A stretch of DNA of 63,330 bases, filler included, from Dimorphilus gyrociliatus (GCA_904063045.1; 8 parts of 7 records of this genome joined end to end with filler, not necessarily neighbours in it); one strand, 5' to 3'. Numbered from the whole stretch's first letter, positions 10,707 through 23,585 are shown. Notes: a model not told the origin generated them from the sequence alone. Translations and numbers: made by a program.

Positions 10707-12311
10707 CATAAACTAAAATCACTCCTAATTTTAAATTAAATATATTTTGTATATTTTAAGAGATTAACGTATAACCTTTCATCTTTTTTATATTAATATT
10801 TCCATCTGAATTAAACATACTAAATTTAGATTCATTACTAAAAGTGGTTGTGTTTATTATAATTTCAACTATTTTCATCCATATTTTAGTTCCCTCAGAA
10901 TAAATAATTATTTACTTGCGTTTTAGAAACTGAGTTTTATCGATAAAACTGATATTAGGTTTAGTTTATCGAAATAAAATCTCAATATTATATCAAAAAC
11001 TTTACAGCTTGTTTTTCTTGTAATTTATTGATTTTCTGTGTTATGGGATGTGAAATTATCAACTTCTTTCGATATACATTCTAAGCTCTTAAGGAAAAGC
11101 CTTTTGACGTTTAGATACTTTTAATATAGTCTATATAAAAATCATCCGTACAAAAGAGAATGGAATATCTATAATAGTTTCTATTTTTTGAATTTAACAT
11201 TTCGACTTTCTTAAATTGGAGTAATGTTAAGTCACATTAAATAAACAGTTATTTTGTTTTTATATAAAAGTGTTAAGATATTATCCATTAATTAGTGTTT
11301 TTTTTACACTTTTAAAAATATTTTTGATTATAATCTTAAAAATAACATTAACGAAAAATTTTAGAAAATCACAGAGACTCAAATACATAATTGTAATAAT
11401 TTTGATACGAATTTACCTATATTTAAACTTTCAACTGTAAAAGATTAATAAAAATACATATGATTTTTTTACACTGTATATTTGAAAATGCGTATATGAG
11501 AATAAATTAAATATGAGATTCCTAAGTTATTTCTATGGAAGTAGATTTAAATGATTAAAAAATGTAAAAATTCCATACAAAGTTACAGATGGAACTGGGA
11601 ATATCAATATTCGGAACAATTTAATAATAAATAGAAAAGTATATTAATTCAAATTGTGACATATAAAAAACAAAACTTGGTGCAGAAAATAGTGAGATTC
11701 TACAGAGAATAGATGATAATGAGATGGCAATAACAATATAGATAAATTAAAACCTTTTTTAAGTGTTAATACACTAGAATTAAAATACTAGAGGAAAAAT
11801 CATATGGGCAGGGACGAAAAGAACATCTAGTAATTGTTTTAAAATAAAGTTTATTCGCAAGAAAAATCTATAGTGAAGAAAGTATTCGAATTTTATCACT
11901 ACCAAGAACTAACGTTATTACTGATAAATAGGAAGCATGTAACCTCTCCCTGAAGGAGCTTAATATGAAAACAACATTATATTAGACTATGAGATTATGA
12001 AATATACCTATCTACTGATTGATTTAGGAATTTATATACAAAAAATCAAAGAATTTCTTCTAAGATAAAAGTATTATTATGAAAAAATCTGGTATTAATA
12101 AAAGCAAATGCTATATATAAGAGTTGTTATGTATAAAAAAAACAATAAATGATAATAATGTTTATCTAGTTACAATACGATTAAAACAACAATTTTTTAA
12201 ACAATATTTACTGGACTTTCTAAAGTTAATATCTGCTGTTATAAAAATTCTTAGATATTTTTATAAAATCCATACAAAAAAGAAGTTTCCAAAAAAAATT
12301 AAATAAAAAAT

Positions 12312-12969
12312 TTATGAAATAAAAGAAAAAATATCTTTTGTTAAACAACTAAAAACAATCAATATATGTGGTTTATCAGCCACAATAAATTTTCTTTTGG
12401 TAGAAAAGGAGTCTTTTTTAATACTTTCTTCCTCAGTATGAGTAAAATTTTCGATTTTTTTATTTACGCCTGCTTTGTTAACTACAACTTCACATATTAA
12501 ATTTACGTACAATTTATTAATACAGACATCAGTCTTATCACAATATTTTAATATACTATTATTAAAGGAAGAATACAAACCATTGTTATCTGGAATACTT
12601 AATTTGATATCACAACTTTGAAAAATACTTGAAATTTTGTTTTTTTTTAAATCGAATAAATTTAAAAATGTCATACAAATATCTTCTAGCAATTCTTTAT
12701 CGTATATTTTTTTTCTAGGTACCAAATAAATACAATAATCTGGTTGATTAACATATATACTTTTTAAAGGGATGACTGCTATTTCTATTTCTTGTAAATT
12801 TATTTTCATTTTTTTATAGAAAGTTTTCAATTTTGTACAAATAAAACTAAATTGAATACTTTTGTGACATTTTGTTGAGTATACGGTTCTTAATTTACAA
12901 TTAACGAAGGTAACTGTATTAGCCCACGAAGCACTAGGACATTTTATTTTTAGCTCTAAAGACATTTTT
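12312..12969 (-). CDS. Orphan protein, probably the 3' part of a gene interrupted by the Merlin at 12970
   Basis: 219 open codons begin exactly at the Merlin TIR. No recognisable domain. Confidence 0.5.
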
Positions 12970-14123
12970 GGCAAGATGGAACTTAGGATCCCCTTCGATC
13001 AAAAATTGATTTTTTTGGAAATATGGAGAAATTGAAGAGAAGGGGATAAAAATAAAATAAAAAAAATTTTTTTTACAACATTTCTAAAGTACTATTTTAG
13101 CTCTTTTTAATTAAAAATTATTGAGATTAGTTTCAGAAACGCCTCTTTTTCATACTTTTTTCTAAATATCCATCTGGAAATAACAAAATCAAAATTATTA
13201 TGTATGTTAATACAATTACGTCGAATATACCTTTTTATAACACCCCAAGTGTTTTCTATTGACTGTGTATTCGCTCCAGTATATGGATCTATAAACTCTC
13301 TATCATGATTAACGGTGTCATGTATATAGCCTAGCTCTCTAGTTTTATGTATCCAGGCCACTCGTCGGTATAAATAATGCTATCTCGATGTACATACCTT
13401 GTAACTATGTCATTGATTGTTTCCTTTTTCCTATCAGTCACTTCAACAAAAAATGTTTTCTTCGTATAGATATCTATACCACCAATCACCCACTTTTTTT
13501 TAAGAAGCCTACCTACATTATACTTTCTTTTAGAAAACATACTTTCATCTATCTGTACTATATGACCAGGTCCTCCTATCATCTCATTTTCACTACTTAT
13601 CATAAATGAATAAATTTTTTCGTCTATTTTTTGAGTCCATTTACATACGGACTTTAGCGACAAATCTTGGAGTTCATTCGCTAATTCATTTTTATTTAAA
13701 TTCGTATGCATATAAAAATATAGAAAATCAATGAATACATTAATTTTAATTTTTGAATTTTTCAGGATGGTATTTTCATATAAAGAAATCGCACTTTTAC
13801 ATGAACTACACTTATACCTGTAAAAATCTTTATATTGTACAATAGTGGCTCTTTTATTGATACATTTGGTGCATATCTTATATCTACTAATAAAACCTTT
13901 ATCTAATAAAAATTCAACACATTTATTTTTATCTGAAGTTGCTAAAACTAATTCCCTATGGTTCATTAGAAGGTTAATATAATTTGTTTTTATAATAACA
14001 ATATTTTAGAAATGTTGTAAAAAAAATTTTTTTTATTTTATTTTTATCCCCTTCTCTTCAATTTCTCCATATTTCCAAAAAAATCAATTTTTGATCGAAG
14101 GGGATCCTAAGTTCCATGTTACC
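12970..14123 (-). mobile_element. Merlin/ISXO2-like transposon with ~120-bp TIRs; transposase frameshifted
   Basis: TIRs GGCAAGATGGAACTTAGGATCCCC... and ...GGGGATCCTAAGTTCCATGTTACC. ORFs 13331-13966 and 13107-13361 give CxxC...CxxC, VQIDES, IIYTDEW and TQSIENTW. Confidence 0.92.
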
Positions 14124-14336
14124 AACCGAGTTTAAAGTAAGTTCGTTTGTTGTTGATTCTATTAATTCTTCTAGTTTACAAATCAATGAAGATTTCACAA
14201 GATTAATGTTAAAATCTGATATTTTATTTTTGATTTCTAAAAGTTGATCGTTAATTGAATCTTTACATTCTTCTATAGAGTGACTTTCTTGGCTCTCAAA
14301 TATTAAATAAACCAGTAAGTAATGTAGAATGTTCAT
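14124..14336 (-). CDS. 5' part of a putative secreted orphan gene, cut by the Merlin
   Basis: MNILHYLLVYLIFES resembles a signal peptide. 71 open codons then run into the TIR. Confidence 0.5.
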
Positions 14337-14593
14337 GCCCTTCTATTAATTCCTAAATAAAAATCTTGAAAATACGGATTTAGAACTTGTTTAAATTCAT
14401 AAATAAAACAACACAAATAAACAATTTAGTATAATATAGAAAATTGGCTGTTCTAAAAAACGATTATTAACTTTTGATTAAGATTTGAGTTTATAGAAAA
14501 ATTAAATACTAGAAATTTTTAAAAGATATTAATTTATCGTTAAAAGAAAATATTTGACTAAAAAAAGAAAATAAGTTCATGAAACGAATTTTT

Positions 14594-14746
14594 AAATCTA
14601 TAAATGAAAACAGTAAAATGAAACAATACGAGTAAATTAAGACAATTTTATAGTTTATTTGAAATCTATAAATGAAAACAGTAAAATGAAACAATACGAG
14701 TAAATTAAGACAATTTTATAGTTTATTTGAAATCTATAAATGAAAA
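14594..14746. repeat. 68-bp tandem duplication, 2.2 copies
   Basis: AAATCTATAAATGAAAACAGTAAAATG...TTTATTTG at 14594 and 14662, partial at 14730. Confidence 0.88.
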
Positions 14747-15720
14747 TAATATAATTCGTAGATTTCAGAAAGATGAAGCATCATCTCCTTTTGATAAATA
14801 ATAAGATTGGAACAAATATTTTAGATTAATAGTACATCTTTCTAAATATTTCATTTAATAATTTCTTTATTTTTGGACTTGAAGTTGAACTTAGATAATA
14901 CATCATTAAAAAATGGACAAAACACAATTATTCTTTTGTAATATTCTTTTAATTATGAACTATGATTGTTATATTTCGAGTTAGTAGTTGAAATGTTATG
15001 CTTACAAGGTTGTTTTTATAATTGATGCTTTTATAATAATATAATTTTCTGTTCCTGGGGAAAAACATAGCTAAGAGATACTTATTATATAGGAGCGTGT
15101 AATAGCTTACCAAGACACCCCTATCCTACTTTTTACGTTATAATGGTAGAATAAACAATAAATACATTCAATAAGACACCTTAACCCCCTTTCCTCTTTA
15201 GGTTTATCCTTATCTAGTTTTTACTCATTTACTAAAGTGTCTTCAAGCTAAATTTATAGAAAACTCTAAGTTTATTTTTTTGAAGGCATTCCTTATTAAA
15301 TAATAATATTTTATGACCATTCTTTATATATTTTTGAAAGTAATCTTATCTTTAGTTTGTTTTCTTTTAAATAACAAAAACCACCTCAAATATTTTAACA
15401 CATGATATTTTTCCCTGAAAAGTTGGACCGTAACTTTAATTCCTTTTTTTTCAAATATTTAAAAATATATAACACATAGATTCTATGTTTGTATTCCGAT
15501 AATACTAAATATTAGATAGAAATTGCAAATAAACGATCCTCGTTAAATTCTTTTTTTAAAACAACTTTATACAAAATAAGAGAGAGCAAAATTTTATTTT
15601 ATGTGAAAGTTAACTGAAGTGTATTGAGTTTTAGTATAAACTTAATAATTTTCAATGTTCTCTTAATTTATAAAACCTTAAATATTATGATAGTCAGTAT
15701 ACATTGGCAGTTTTTAACAA

Positions 15721-15820
15721 NNNNNNNNNNNNNNNNNNNNNNNNNNNNNNNNNNNNNNNNNNNNTTAATTAATTAANNNNNNNNNNNNNNNNNNNNNNNN
15801 NNNNNNNNNNNNNNNNNNNN
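15721..15820. other. Artificial contig linker (N44-TTAATTAATTAA-N44)
   Basis: An identical 100-nt spacer recurs seven times. The core gives stops in all six frames. Confidence 0.98.
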
Positions 15821-15826
15821 AACTTG

Positions 15827-17775
15827 TCAAAGAAATATCCACAAAGTAACCTCCACCCTTAATAAAAATACCTTAAACACAGTTCTATATGACTGACATT
15901 CTCTTTTCTTGTAATTCATTGAAAGCATTTTACAAAGCATGAAGCATTCAATACGGTGATTTCTATCTCTAAAGAGCAGAGGAAATATACCATAGGATTT
16001 TGATACAAAATAATAATTTTTCAAATATCTTGCTTCATAGAAATTTGAATTTTCCACTTCAACAAATTTACTTAAATTGTTTATTTTAACTTGAAGGTCT
16101 GTAACAAAACTACTTTAATATAATTTTGGTTTTAAACTAGACATTTTTTGCTTAAAAAGAGTAGGATGTTTTCTCTCATAGCTCTTCCCACTCAAATATA
16201 CAATTTTTTACTCATATGTACCGCTTAATTCCAAATATGAGCACTTTAAGTGTTTATAAACTATTGAATGATTTCTGTATTCAATATCCATCACTCCTTT
16301 AGCATTGAATGATATCTCCACAGATACCTTTAAAGAGAATTCTCTAAATTTAATCTTAGTAAGAAAGTTAGTCTTTTCACAAATTTCTTTCCTTTGACTA
16401 ATATTTCCAACAACTGGATAAATTTCTCCATTCAATTGTAGAAATATATAATGAATATCATCTCTTTTATTATAACTAAAAGTGTCTAAAATAGATCAAA
16501 TTGGCAAATTATTTTTCTATCTGTTTAATCAGAGAACAAAAAGTTTCAACATACAAACTTTGTCTTTTCTATAGCATTTTAAAAGTATGCCAACAGCAGG
16601 TTGTGTAAATTTTAGTATACTGAATTGAAGGAAAAACAAAAATAACATTTTAGTTAGAATTTCAAAAAAGAAGTTTTTCTCTATTTACAAATGAATGGTA
16701 TTGTTGTATTTAGAATATTCCAATTCACTTTTATAGTAGTTATCTTCGTATTTAATTTGAAGTGGAGTCGCTAAAGAATGTACATTATCATATCCCAAAG
16801 TAGAACATAATTCATTAGAAATTTCTAATGGAATATAATAAAATTCAACAATAAATGTTGAATTTGTTTGATTGAATTTGAGATTTAATAATCCTTCATC
16901 AAAAATATTTCCATATTTAACATTTGTTAAAAATACATTAACAGCATTTAAACTTAATTTCTTTTCATCTGCAAAAAGAGACAAAAATATCAGTATTTTG
17001 TAAACAATTGTTGAAATAGGAAATTTAAAAAAATAAACACAATACAGTTGTTTTGATTTGTTTCACATTCAAGTTTGTTTATTAGTAGTAATTGAATTTT
17101 TTTTCTTGAATATTCAGGATAACAATTCAAAATAGTTCCATTAAAAAATTGACAATCTTTCAAATAACTCTAAAAGTTTTGAATGAGTCATAAAAGTTTA
17201 ATTGGACAAAAAATACTGTACGGTAAATTAAACTTACCTGTCCAATATAAATTTTTGAAGTGCAGGTATCCTTCTTTACAGTTGTTGATAAAAGTCTACA
17301 TATAAATTTGCATGCAATAGATTTATTTGTTTTCATGTTGAAGAGAGGAAGAGAAGCTCCAGTTGACTTTGAATAGAAATAATACGATTTTTCATCAAGA
17401 ATATAAAATTCCTTTCGTTCACGTTTTGTCAATTTAATATGAATATCTTTGGTTTAAAAATTATCATATTTGAAATTTAAAATTGTAAATAAACATAAAA
17501 AAGAAACCTTTCATTTGAAGAAAAGAACAATAGAGATAATTCGAAAATGATGTATTTTTTAAAGTAATATTTTTTGGAAAAGAATTTACAATTGCAATTT
17601 TTGTTCTACTGCTTAAATTTGGAATATTTTCGTTACGTTCTCCTTCAAAAATGAAATTGCTTTGTTGGCATAATCTCTTTTTTTGATTGGTTACTCCAAC
17701 AGCAATTGGATACACACTGCCAAACGCTCTTAAATACAATTGGTAGACATTACTAGTCAATTTCAAACTAAACAT
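15827..17775 (-). CDS. Multi-exon gene for a repetitive Cys-containing extracellular-type protein (possibly degenerate SRCR-like modules); 3' end cut by the linker
   Basis: Exon-sized ORFs repeat one another: 17464-17775 resembles 16208-16435 (YP..G...Q.K.+C...NF) and 17160-17432 resembles 15827-16057 (Y.F.SKS.G...PL...C..+C++LS...KK..C.S). GT-AG boundaries are visible. The exon model is approximate. Confidence 0.55.
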
Positions 17776-17952
17776 GTCTGTTGTTGTAATAATTGAAAGA
17801 AAAAATGAAAAAAATGAGGCAAATCGTCTTCAAAATTTAAAAAAATAATTTCACAAACATTTTGAATTCTTTTTAAAGCATTTTAATTCTAAAAGTTTTT
17901 TTGTTTTTCTATTAGTTGAAGTAAATCTTAAAGAGAAAAAAATTGTAACATA

Positions 17953-19596
17953 CAGTATCGGTGGTAAGTCACTGTTACACCTCAAAAAAATAATATTTTC
18001 TTGATTTTTTCTCTTTCCGCGCCTAAAGAATGAAAATGAAGGATATTATTATATTTAGTAATATTCTTCTTATCATTATAGAGAGAAAATATATGTTTTT
18101 CATTTCAAATCTCTGAATTATTGATATTTTAATGTGGTAGGCCTATTTTCAATGGGAGCATAAGTACTTGTTACAATCACAAAAATTACTCTAAAAGAAT
18201 ATTAAAAGTATTTTTTTGTTCTTATTTTGACTGTTATTTACAGGATATTATATTTTTTAATGCCTTAATATTTTGTGTGTATACCCTTAGCTTCTACAAG
18301 TGCCCTAGGCCTTCTTTCCATTGTCTCATATAAGAATTGAATTTCCAATTCTGAAATTTTATAAATTTCCTCTCTGAACATCTCCCACAGCTCATCCTTG
18401 TTTCTTGGCTTACATGCCATTAAATGTTTTTTGCATATGCCCCATATTTGCTATATTATGTTCAGGTCTGGGCTGTTTGCTGGCCATGGATCCAGTGTTT
18501 CTACTCCCTTTCTCTCGAGGTACGCTTTTGTTCTGGCTGCTGTATGACAGCTAGCCCCATCCTGCTGGAAAATTTCCCCTCTCCTATAATTTGGGACAAC
18601 ATGACTGCTCAAAATTTTGACATAATCTGAAGCTGTCATGTGATTAGACACTAAAGCTAGGCCCCTATCTCCATTGAACTTAATGTAGCCAAACACCATT
18701 ATATTCCCTCCCCCAAATTTTACTGTTTTTGTGGTATATTTGGGGTCATTCCGTTTACCTGGTGGCCTCCTAACAAACTCCCTTCTCCTAGGATGCAGCT
18801 CAACCTTTGATTCATCAGAAAAAATTACTTTTTTCCAATTTTCAATCCCCCAGTTTTCTCTCTCTCTACAGAACTCTTTCCTACTTATTATCTGCCACTT
18901 AGATAAAGCAGGTTTTTTGGCTGCAATTCTCCCATTTAAGTTATTTTTTCGTAGTACCTGCTTCACTGTTGTTAGAGAAAGAGATATAGGTATACCAGAA
19001 TTATATAATATCTGATGGCCCATCCACTTGGGGTTTGATTTAGATGCCCTGGTAATTTGCCTTTCCATCTTTGGTATCACTTTTTTTGGTCTACCACTTC
19101 TTTACTTATCTTTTATTGTTTTTAGCTCTTTAAATTTATTTTTTATATTTTGTACAGTAGTTGGACTACATTTAAAAAGCTTTGCCACTTTTCGAATGGA
19201 CATTTCTGGTCTTTGAAGACAATTTAAGATAGAAATTCTTGTTGCTTCAGATAGCTTCACCATTTTTATTTTAAATTTGTCAACTGTTAGATTACACATG
19301 CCCAAACACATAAATGACCTTAAAATCTGGTTAAAAGCGACACTACTCAATGATCAGGGTAAATTTTTTGAACATAACTGATGCTTGTGCTTTTCCATAA
19401 ATAGGCCTATCACATTAAAGTGATCATATTTCTGAGATTTTAAATTAAAAACATATATTTTTACTTTGTATAATGATAAGAAGAATATTATTAAATATAA
19501 TAATATCCTTCATTTTCATTCTTTGGGCACGGAAAGAGAAAAAATCAAGAAAATATTATTTTTTTGAGGTGTAACAGTGACTTACCGCCACTATTG
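17953..19596 (-). mobile_element. Tc1-family transposon with ~220-bp imperfect TIRs and TA target duplication
   Basis: TA|CAGTATCGGTGGTAAGTCACTGTTACACCTC... and ...GAGGTGTAACAGTGACTTACCGCCACTATTG|TA. Confidence 0.93.
18265..19263 (-). pseudogene. Tc1 transposase (DD35E spacing) with two nonsense codons
   Basis: Single frame: HTH (SIRKVAKLFKCSPTTV), *RSGRP, VIFSDESK, FQQDGA, WPANSPDLNII*QIW, KGIHTKY. Stops at 19102-19104 and 18451-18453; the second replaces the catalytic Glu. Confidence 0.92.
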
Positions 19597-19691
19597 TATA
19601 TAGGCTTATCTACATAGAAGGTTTTCTTTTAAATGATTGCAGGAGACTCTTGAAAACAGTCAGAGAATTGTGATTTGAATATAAAAGATAC

Positions 19692-20039
19692 TTACATTTG
19701 AATATTGTTATTCAGTGAAAATTTGAATATAAGTATAGATTCAGGATGAATGTTGCGGTATGGTGAAGCTAGAGCATAAAATGAATCGTAATTCAATTGT
19801 TTACATAAGAAAGCTCTAGCTAAAGGATGATATATCTCGTATTCCAAGTGATAAATATCTTTATCAACTGAAATTTTTACAATTCCCGCATCATATTTAT
19901 CATTTTCTATTGTTTTATCTAAATAGATTTTTATTTTAGACAAAAAGAAATTTTGCAAATGTAAACATTCTTCTTCTTGTAAATTTAACATTACAATTAA
20001 ACAATAAACAAAATATTTATATTGAAAAATATTCGTCAT
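19692..20039 (-). CDS. Exon or paralog segment homologous to 16685-16984 (SRCR-like module)
   Basis: AGIVKI...LEY...FLCKQLNYDSFYALASP aligns by eye with EGLLNL...VEF...ELCSTLGYDNVHSLATP. Confidence 0.45.
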   Translation of the reverse strand: MTNIFQYKYFVYCLIVMLNLQEEECLHLQNFFLSKIKIYLDKTIENDKYDAGIVKISVDKDIYHLEYEIYHPLARAFLCKQLNYDSFYALASPYRNIHPESILIFKFSLNNNIQM

Positions 20040-20688
20040 CTTTTTTTATCAAAATAGTAAAAAAATGATATTTTAGAAAAATAGAATTTGACAAAAAATC
20101 TCAGCCAAATTCAAATTGGTTTATGCAGCCAGCCATAAAAGAAAGTTAATTAAAGAAATGAATTTGATAAATCTTCTCCAAATACATTTGCAACTTTTTT
20201 TCTATTAAAAAGTTAATATATTTTCAAAATTAAATTAAATTTAATTAAATTAAATCAGTAGTTTTTCTTTTGGTATGACAACTTGCAATATATTTCAGGA
20301 AATTGAATTTTAGTTCTAGAATCTTCTTCACAACTGAAATTGACTTAAATTGATTGTTTCCATGTTTGTGGGTCGCATTACATTAATTGCAGTAGCATTG
20401 TTGGCAACAATTTGGAGTATTTTAAAAGATCTTAAAAGCTATTGAGTGTATGCATCACTGGCACTTGTCTCTGGTCTTCTGATAATTTCCTTTTACTTTT
20501 GCTTTTCGGCAACATTATGTATGAATTGAAAATGTTTACCAATTTGTAAATTCACTAATTGTTCTTTTTTGTCAATTTTTTGCTCTTGTGAAAAAATTAT
20601 TGTGAAAAACTTTTGATTTTTTAAAACTAAACAGAAAAAAATGAGTTTAAGCAGTCTTTGTTATATTTATCTCCAACAATCACTAGTA

Positions 20689-20877
20689 GGGTCGAGACGT
20701 CTCCTGAAGTTAAGCTTTGGGGCTTTTTTAGGGTTAGGAAAAATTCTATTTCATTGATTTCAGTCTATGTCAAAGCCAAAATGTAGGTTAGGGACAAAAA
20801 AGCAGAAATTACCTTACCCACTGTTGGGTTAGGGTTACGGTAAAAATGCAAATTAGGGCACGTTTTGTCCAACATCC
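20689..20877 (+). mobile_element. Short non-autonomous repeat with GGGTTAGG motifs (relative of 39831-40037)
   Basis: Starts GGGTCGA, ends ACGTTTT...CATCC, and shares TTGGGTTAGG.TTA.GGTAAAAA with 39983-40008. Confidence 0.5.
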
Positions 20878-21975
20878 CTGTTGCACCAGTAAGCCAGAAA
20901 TAAATAAGAGTTAGGATTTCAGATTTATACTAGACCTTAGTTCTTGAAATATTGAAATATAATAAACTTAAGCGTTCTATTTGTTTGAGTACTATGATAA
21001 ATTGGTATATGATTGAAAATGATGATTCTGATGAGCCAAAAATTCCTACATTGTGGCTAATGTGGCTTGTCTTGCTAATTCTTTGATAAGATTATATAAA
21101 TGTTCTTATTTTACCACTGCTCTAGTTAGTCTTGATACAAAATCTCAACATCATTGTTTGTTATGAAAACAAGTTGATAAAGAGACCAAACATTACAGAA
21201 ATTCACTTAAATAGAACAGTTATAGGTTTGAAAGAGATGAACATAAAAAAATTGAAAGTATGTTGTCCATGCTTAACTTTGTCAGAGGATTATATTATAG
21301 TGGAAAAAAACATCAAACTAAGATAATCATCTCAAACTTTTAGGATTAGAATTTCAGAGAAAAGATTAATGAAAGATTAAAATATTCTCGACGTTTTTGT
21401 TGTATTCATAGTATGAATGTAAGCTGCAATTAACTCAGCCGCTTTCTTTAACTCATCAACTCCAAAAATTGACGAATTATTTAGTTTTCATAAATTATTT
21501 TTGATCCAATGTGTCCTGAAATTTCTTCTATAAAAAGAATAACATCTTTCACAATGAAACGGCTACAATTGTCAGCGTTAAGTTTTTTCTTTGACTTTCA
21601 GGAAGGGCATTGAATCTGTTGTGCGCGAGACAAGCTTCAGTTTATACGAGTAAGAACAATAAAATCAAATTCATAATAAATTTGTCATTAAAAAATTAAT
21701 AGCAATATGAACAAAACATTTTCCTTAAATTTTCCACCAAGGACACAAAAAAAAGTCAATTTAAAATTTCATGAAGAATGCAACTATTTATGCATAAAAT
21801 GTAAATTAGATTGAGAGTAGATATTGAAGATCGCAAAAGTAAAATGTCAGAAATTTTCAAACTTTTCCTCAATTTTTTACTGTTAATAAAAGGCCTATTT
21901 GGAAACTCGCAATATGGTTTAAAAATTACCCCTGTATGTAGTGTGATCTATTTTTAATATTTTTTATCATTACAG

Positions 21976-22206
21976 CTTTAGTACCTGGATACGATAGATA
22001 TAATAATACTGACTCTTTTGGACATGATATTAAACATCTAAGTAGTAATTCTGCCAATAATTGTGGTGATATCTGCAACAATTTGCCAAATTGTATTGCA
22101 TTTAATTTCTTTCCTGATCAATCTAAATGCTATTTTAAACGTTTTGTGACACCTGAATCTGATTGGATTCCTGGAGCTAACAAAGTTTTTTATATTAAAA
22201 TACTTG
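21976..22206 (+). CDS. PAN/apple-domain exon (phase 1-1)
   Basis: TACAG| ... |GTAAG. Translation LVPGYDRYNNTDSFGHDIKHLSSNSANNCGDICNNLPNCIAFNFFPDQSKCYFK shows the PAN C-x3-C-x5-C...CY-K pattern. Confidence 0.75.
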
Positions 22207-22983
22207 GTAAGTTTTACAATTTTTTCTATTTTTGTTGTATATCATTATCATATTTTTGTTCTAAACTATCATTTAAATGTTCAAAACAGAGGCACTTTTT
22301 TTACAAAGGACATTAAAAAGATGCATGTTTCCAAATCTTATATTTTACGTAATACCAAAATCATTTTCTCTTAGCAAATTTTTTCCATTTAATTTATGAT
22401 AAAGTGAATAGAAATTTAAAAACTTGTCAAGCCATTTTAGGGTGAAAATTGATAAAAAGAAATAATTAGCTGCAGAAGATTTATAATTCAAATATATTGG
22501 CAAAAAGAATATAACAAAGAACATATTGTATTATCAAACAGCAAATTCTATAAAACATAAATAGATGATGAGATTTGAAATAATAATTCATCAATGGACA
22601 GTCTTTCAAGAAATATATATCAATTATTTATAGATACTTGAAAAATTGATCAAATGTCTAATTTTGTTAAGACTTTTTTGATAGGCCAAATTTTAGTCAA
22701 TAATTAAAATTGTTTGCTGATCAAACACAAGGCAGGTCATTTTGGTAATTTTGGATGATTTTTTAACTGGAATTATTGATATTCCATCCCCAAACAACTA
22801 TTCTCAGATTGTATATTGGAAGCATGGAGTGTTCAAAATTCAAGAGTGAACAACCTAAAAAGAAGATTTAGATTTCTTTAAAATTTCCTGGTGAAAGCAT
22901 TAAGGAAGATTAAAGATATCATTCAAATGAAAATATTTGTTCTATTGATTGGTGTAACATTAATTTTTGAGCATTATTAAGAA

Positions 22984-23585
22984 TGTATGGCTCTGTTAGA
23001 TTCCATATCTTTCCACCATTGGTTTCAAATGTTATTTCAAAGTTACCATCTTCCAGATAAGGTTTTAAATATTTCTATTCCTATTTGATTGATAGCAGGA
23101 GATTTGATGAGGGGATACTCTCATTTATTTATATTTTTATAAATGTTTCTTAAACAGTTTTGAAACACCAGAACTGATAAACATGATATGGGAGTAAAAA
23201 GGAGATAAATCCACAGGATTTGATCAAGTATTTGTAACTTTCAAACAGGACTGGTAGAAAATGGCCAAGATTGAAAATTTGAAAAAAGAGAGTATCATTA
23301 GAGTTTCGTGCCGCTGATATCAAAGAATCACTTTACAATTGCTGAACTGTCTATATATTATTTATGTTTAGTGAGAGGATGTTACAAGGTTCAGCATTCA
23401 GGAAGGCAAATGAAATAACTTGACCAAACCTTAACTTGTAAATAGATATGAACTTGAGGATAACTAATCAAGATCTGTGTTTAGCCAAGTTTATTGCATT
23501 TTCTTGCATAGATTTTAAGAGATACATGTATAAGTTTCATGTAAAGTTATACAACTAAAGCATAAAATGTAATGAAAGTTGTAGA
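22984..23585 (-). mobile_element. Diverged LTR related to 36527-37161
   Basis: The reverse complement of ~23290-23585 aligns with the 5' half of the LTR (e.g. CCTTCCT.AATG.TGAACCTTGTAACATCCT, ATACATGTA.CTTAAAA.CTA.GCAAGAAAATGC). The left boundary is uncertain and no TSD was found. Confidence 0.6.

Larger units (their letters stand above)
6284..11349. repeat. About 5-kb inverted duplication (arms ~6284-8781 and ~8838-11349, spacer ~57 bp)
   Basis: 6284 onward is the reverse complement of 11349 backward through the flank, the MULE and the inner flank. The arms differ by small indels. Confidence 0.92.

Noticed and set aside
11350-12300. Possible decayed coding sequence or Argonaute continuation
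   Set aside because: No sustained frame and no PAZ/PIWI motif found.
15090-15240. Slightly GC-richer island with repeated AAGACACC as an RNA gene
   Set aside because: No tRNA, snRNA or rRNA motif or convincing fold was recognised.
15765-15776. Recurrent palindrome TTAATTAATTAA as a biological repeat
   Set aside because: Always centred in exactly 44+44 N. It is a six-frame-stop concatenation linker.
20744-20845. TTAGGG/TTAGG motifs as telomere or interstitial telomeric repeats
   Set aside because: Only scattered single or double units, inside a small dispersed repeat.
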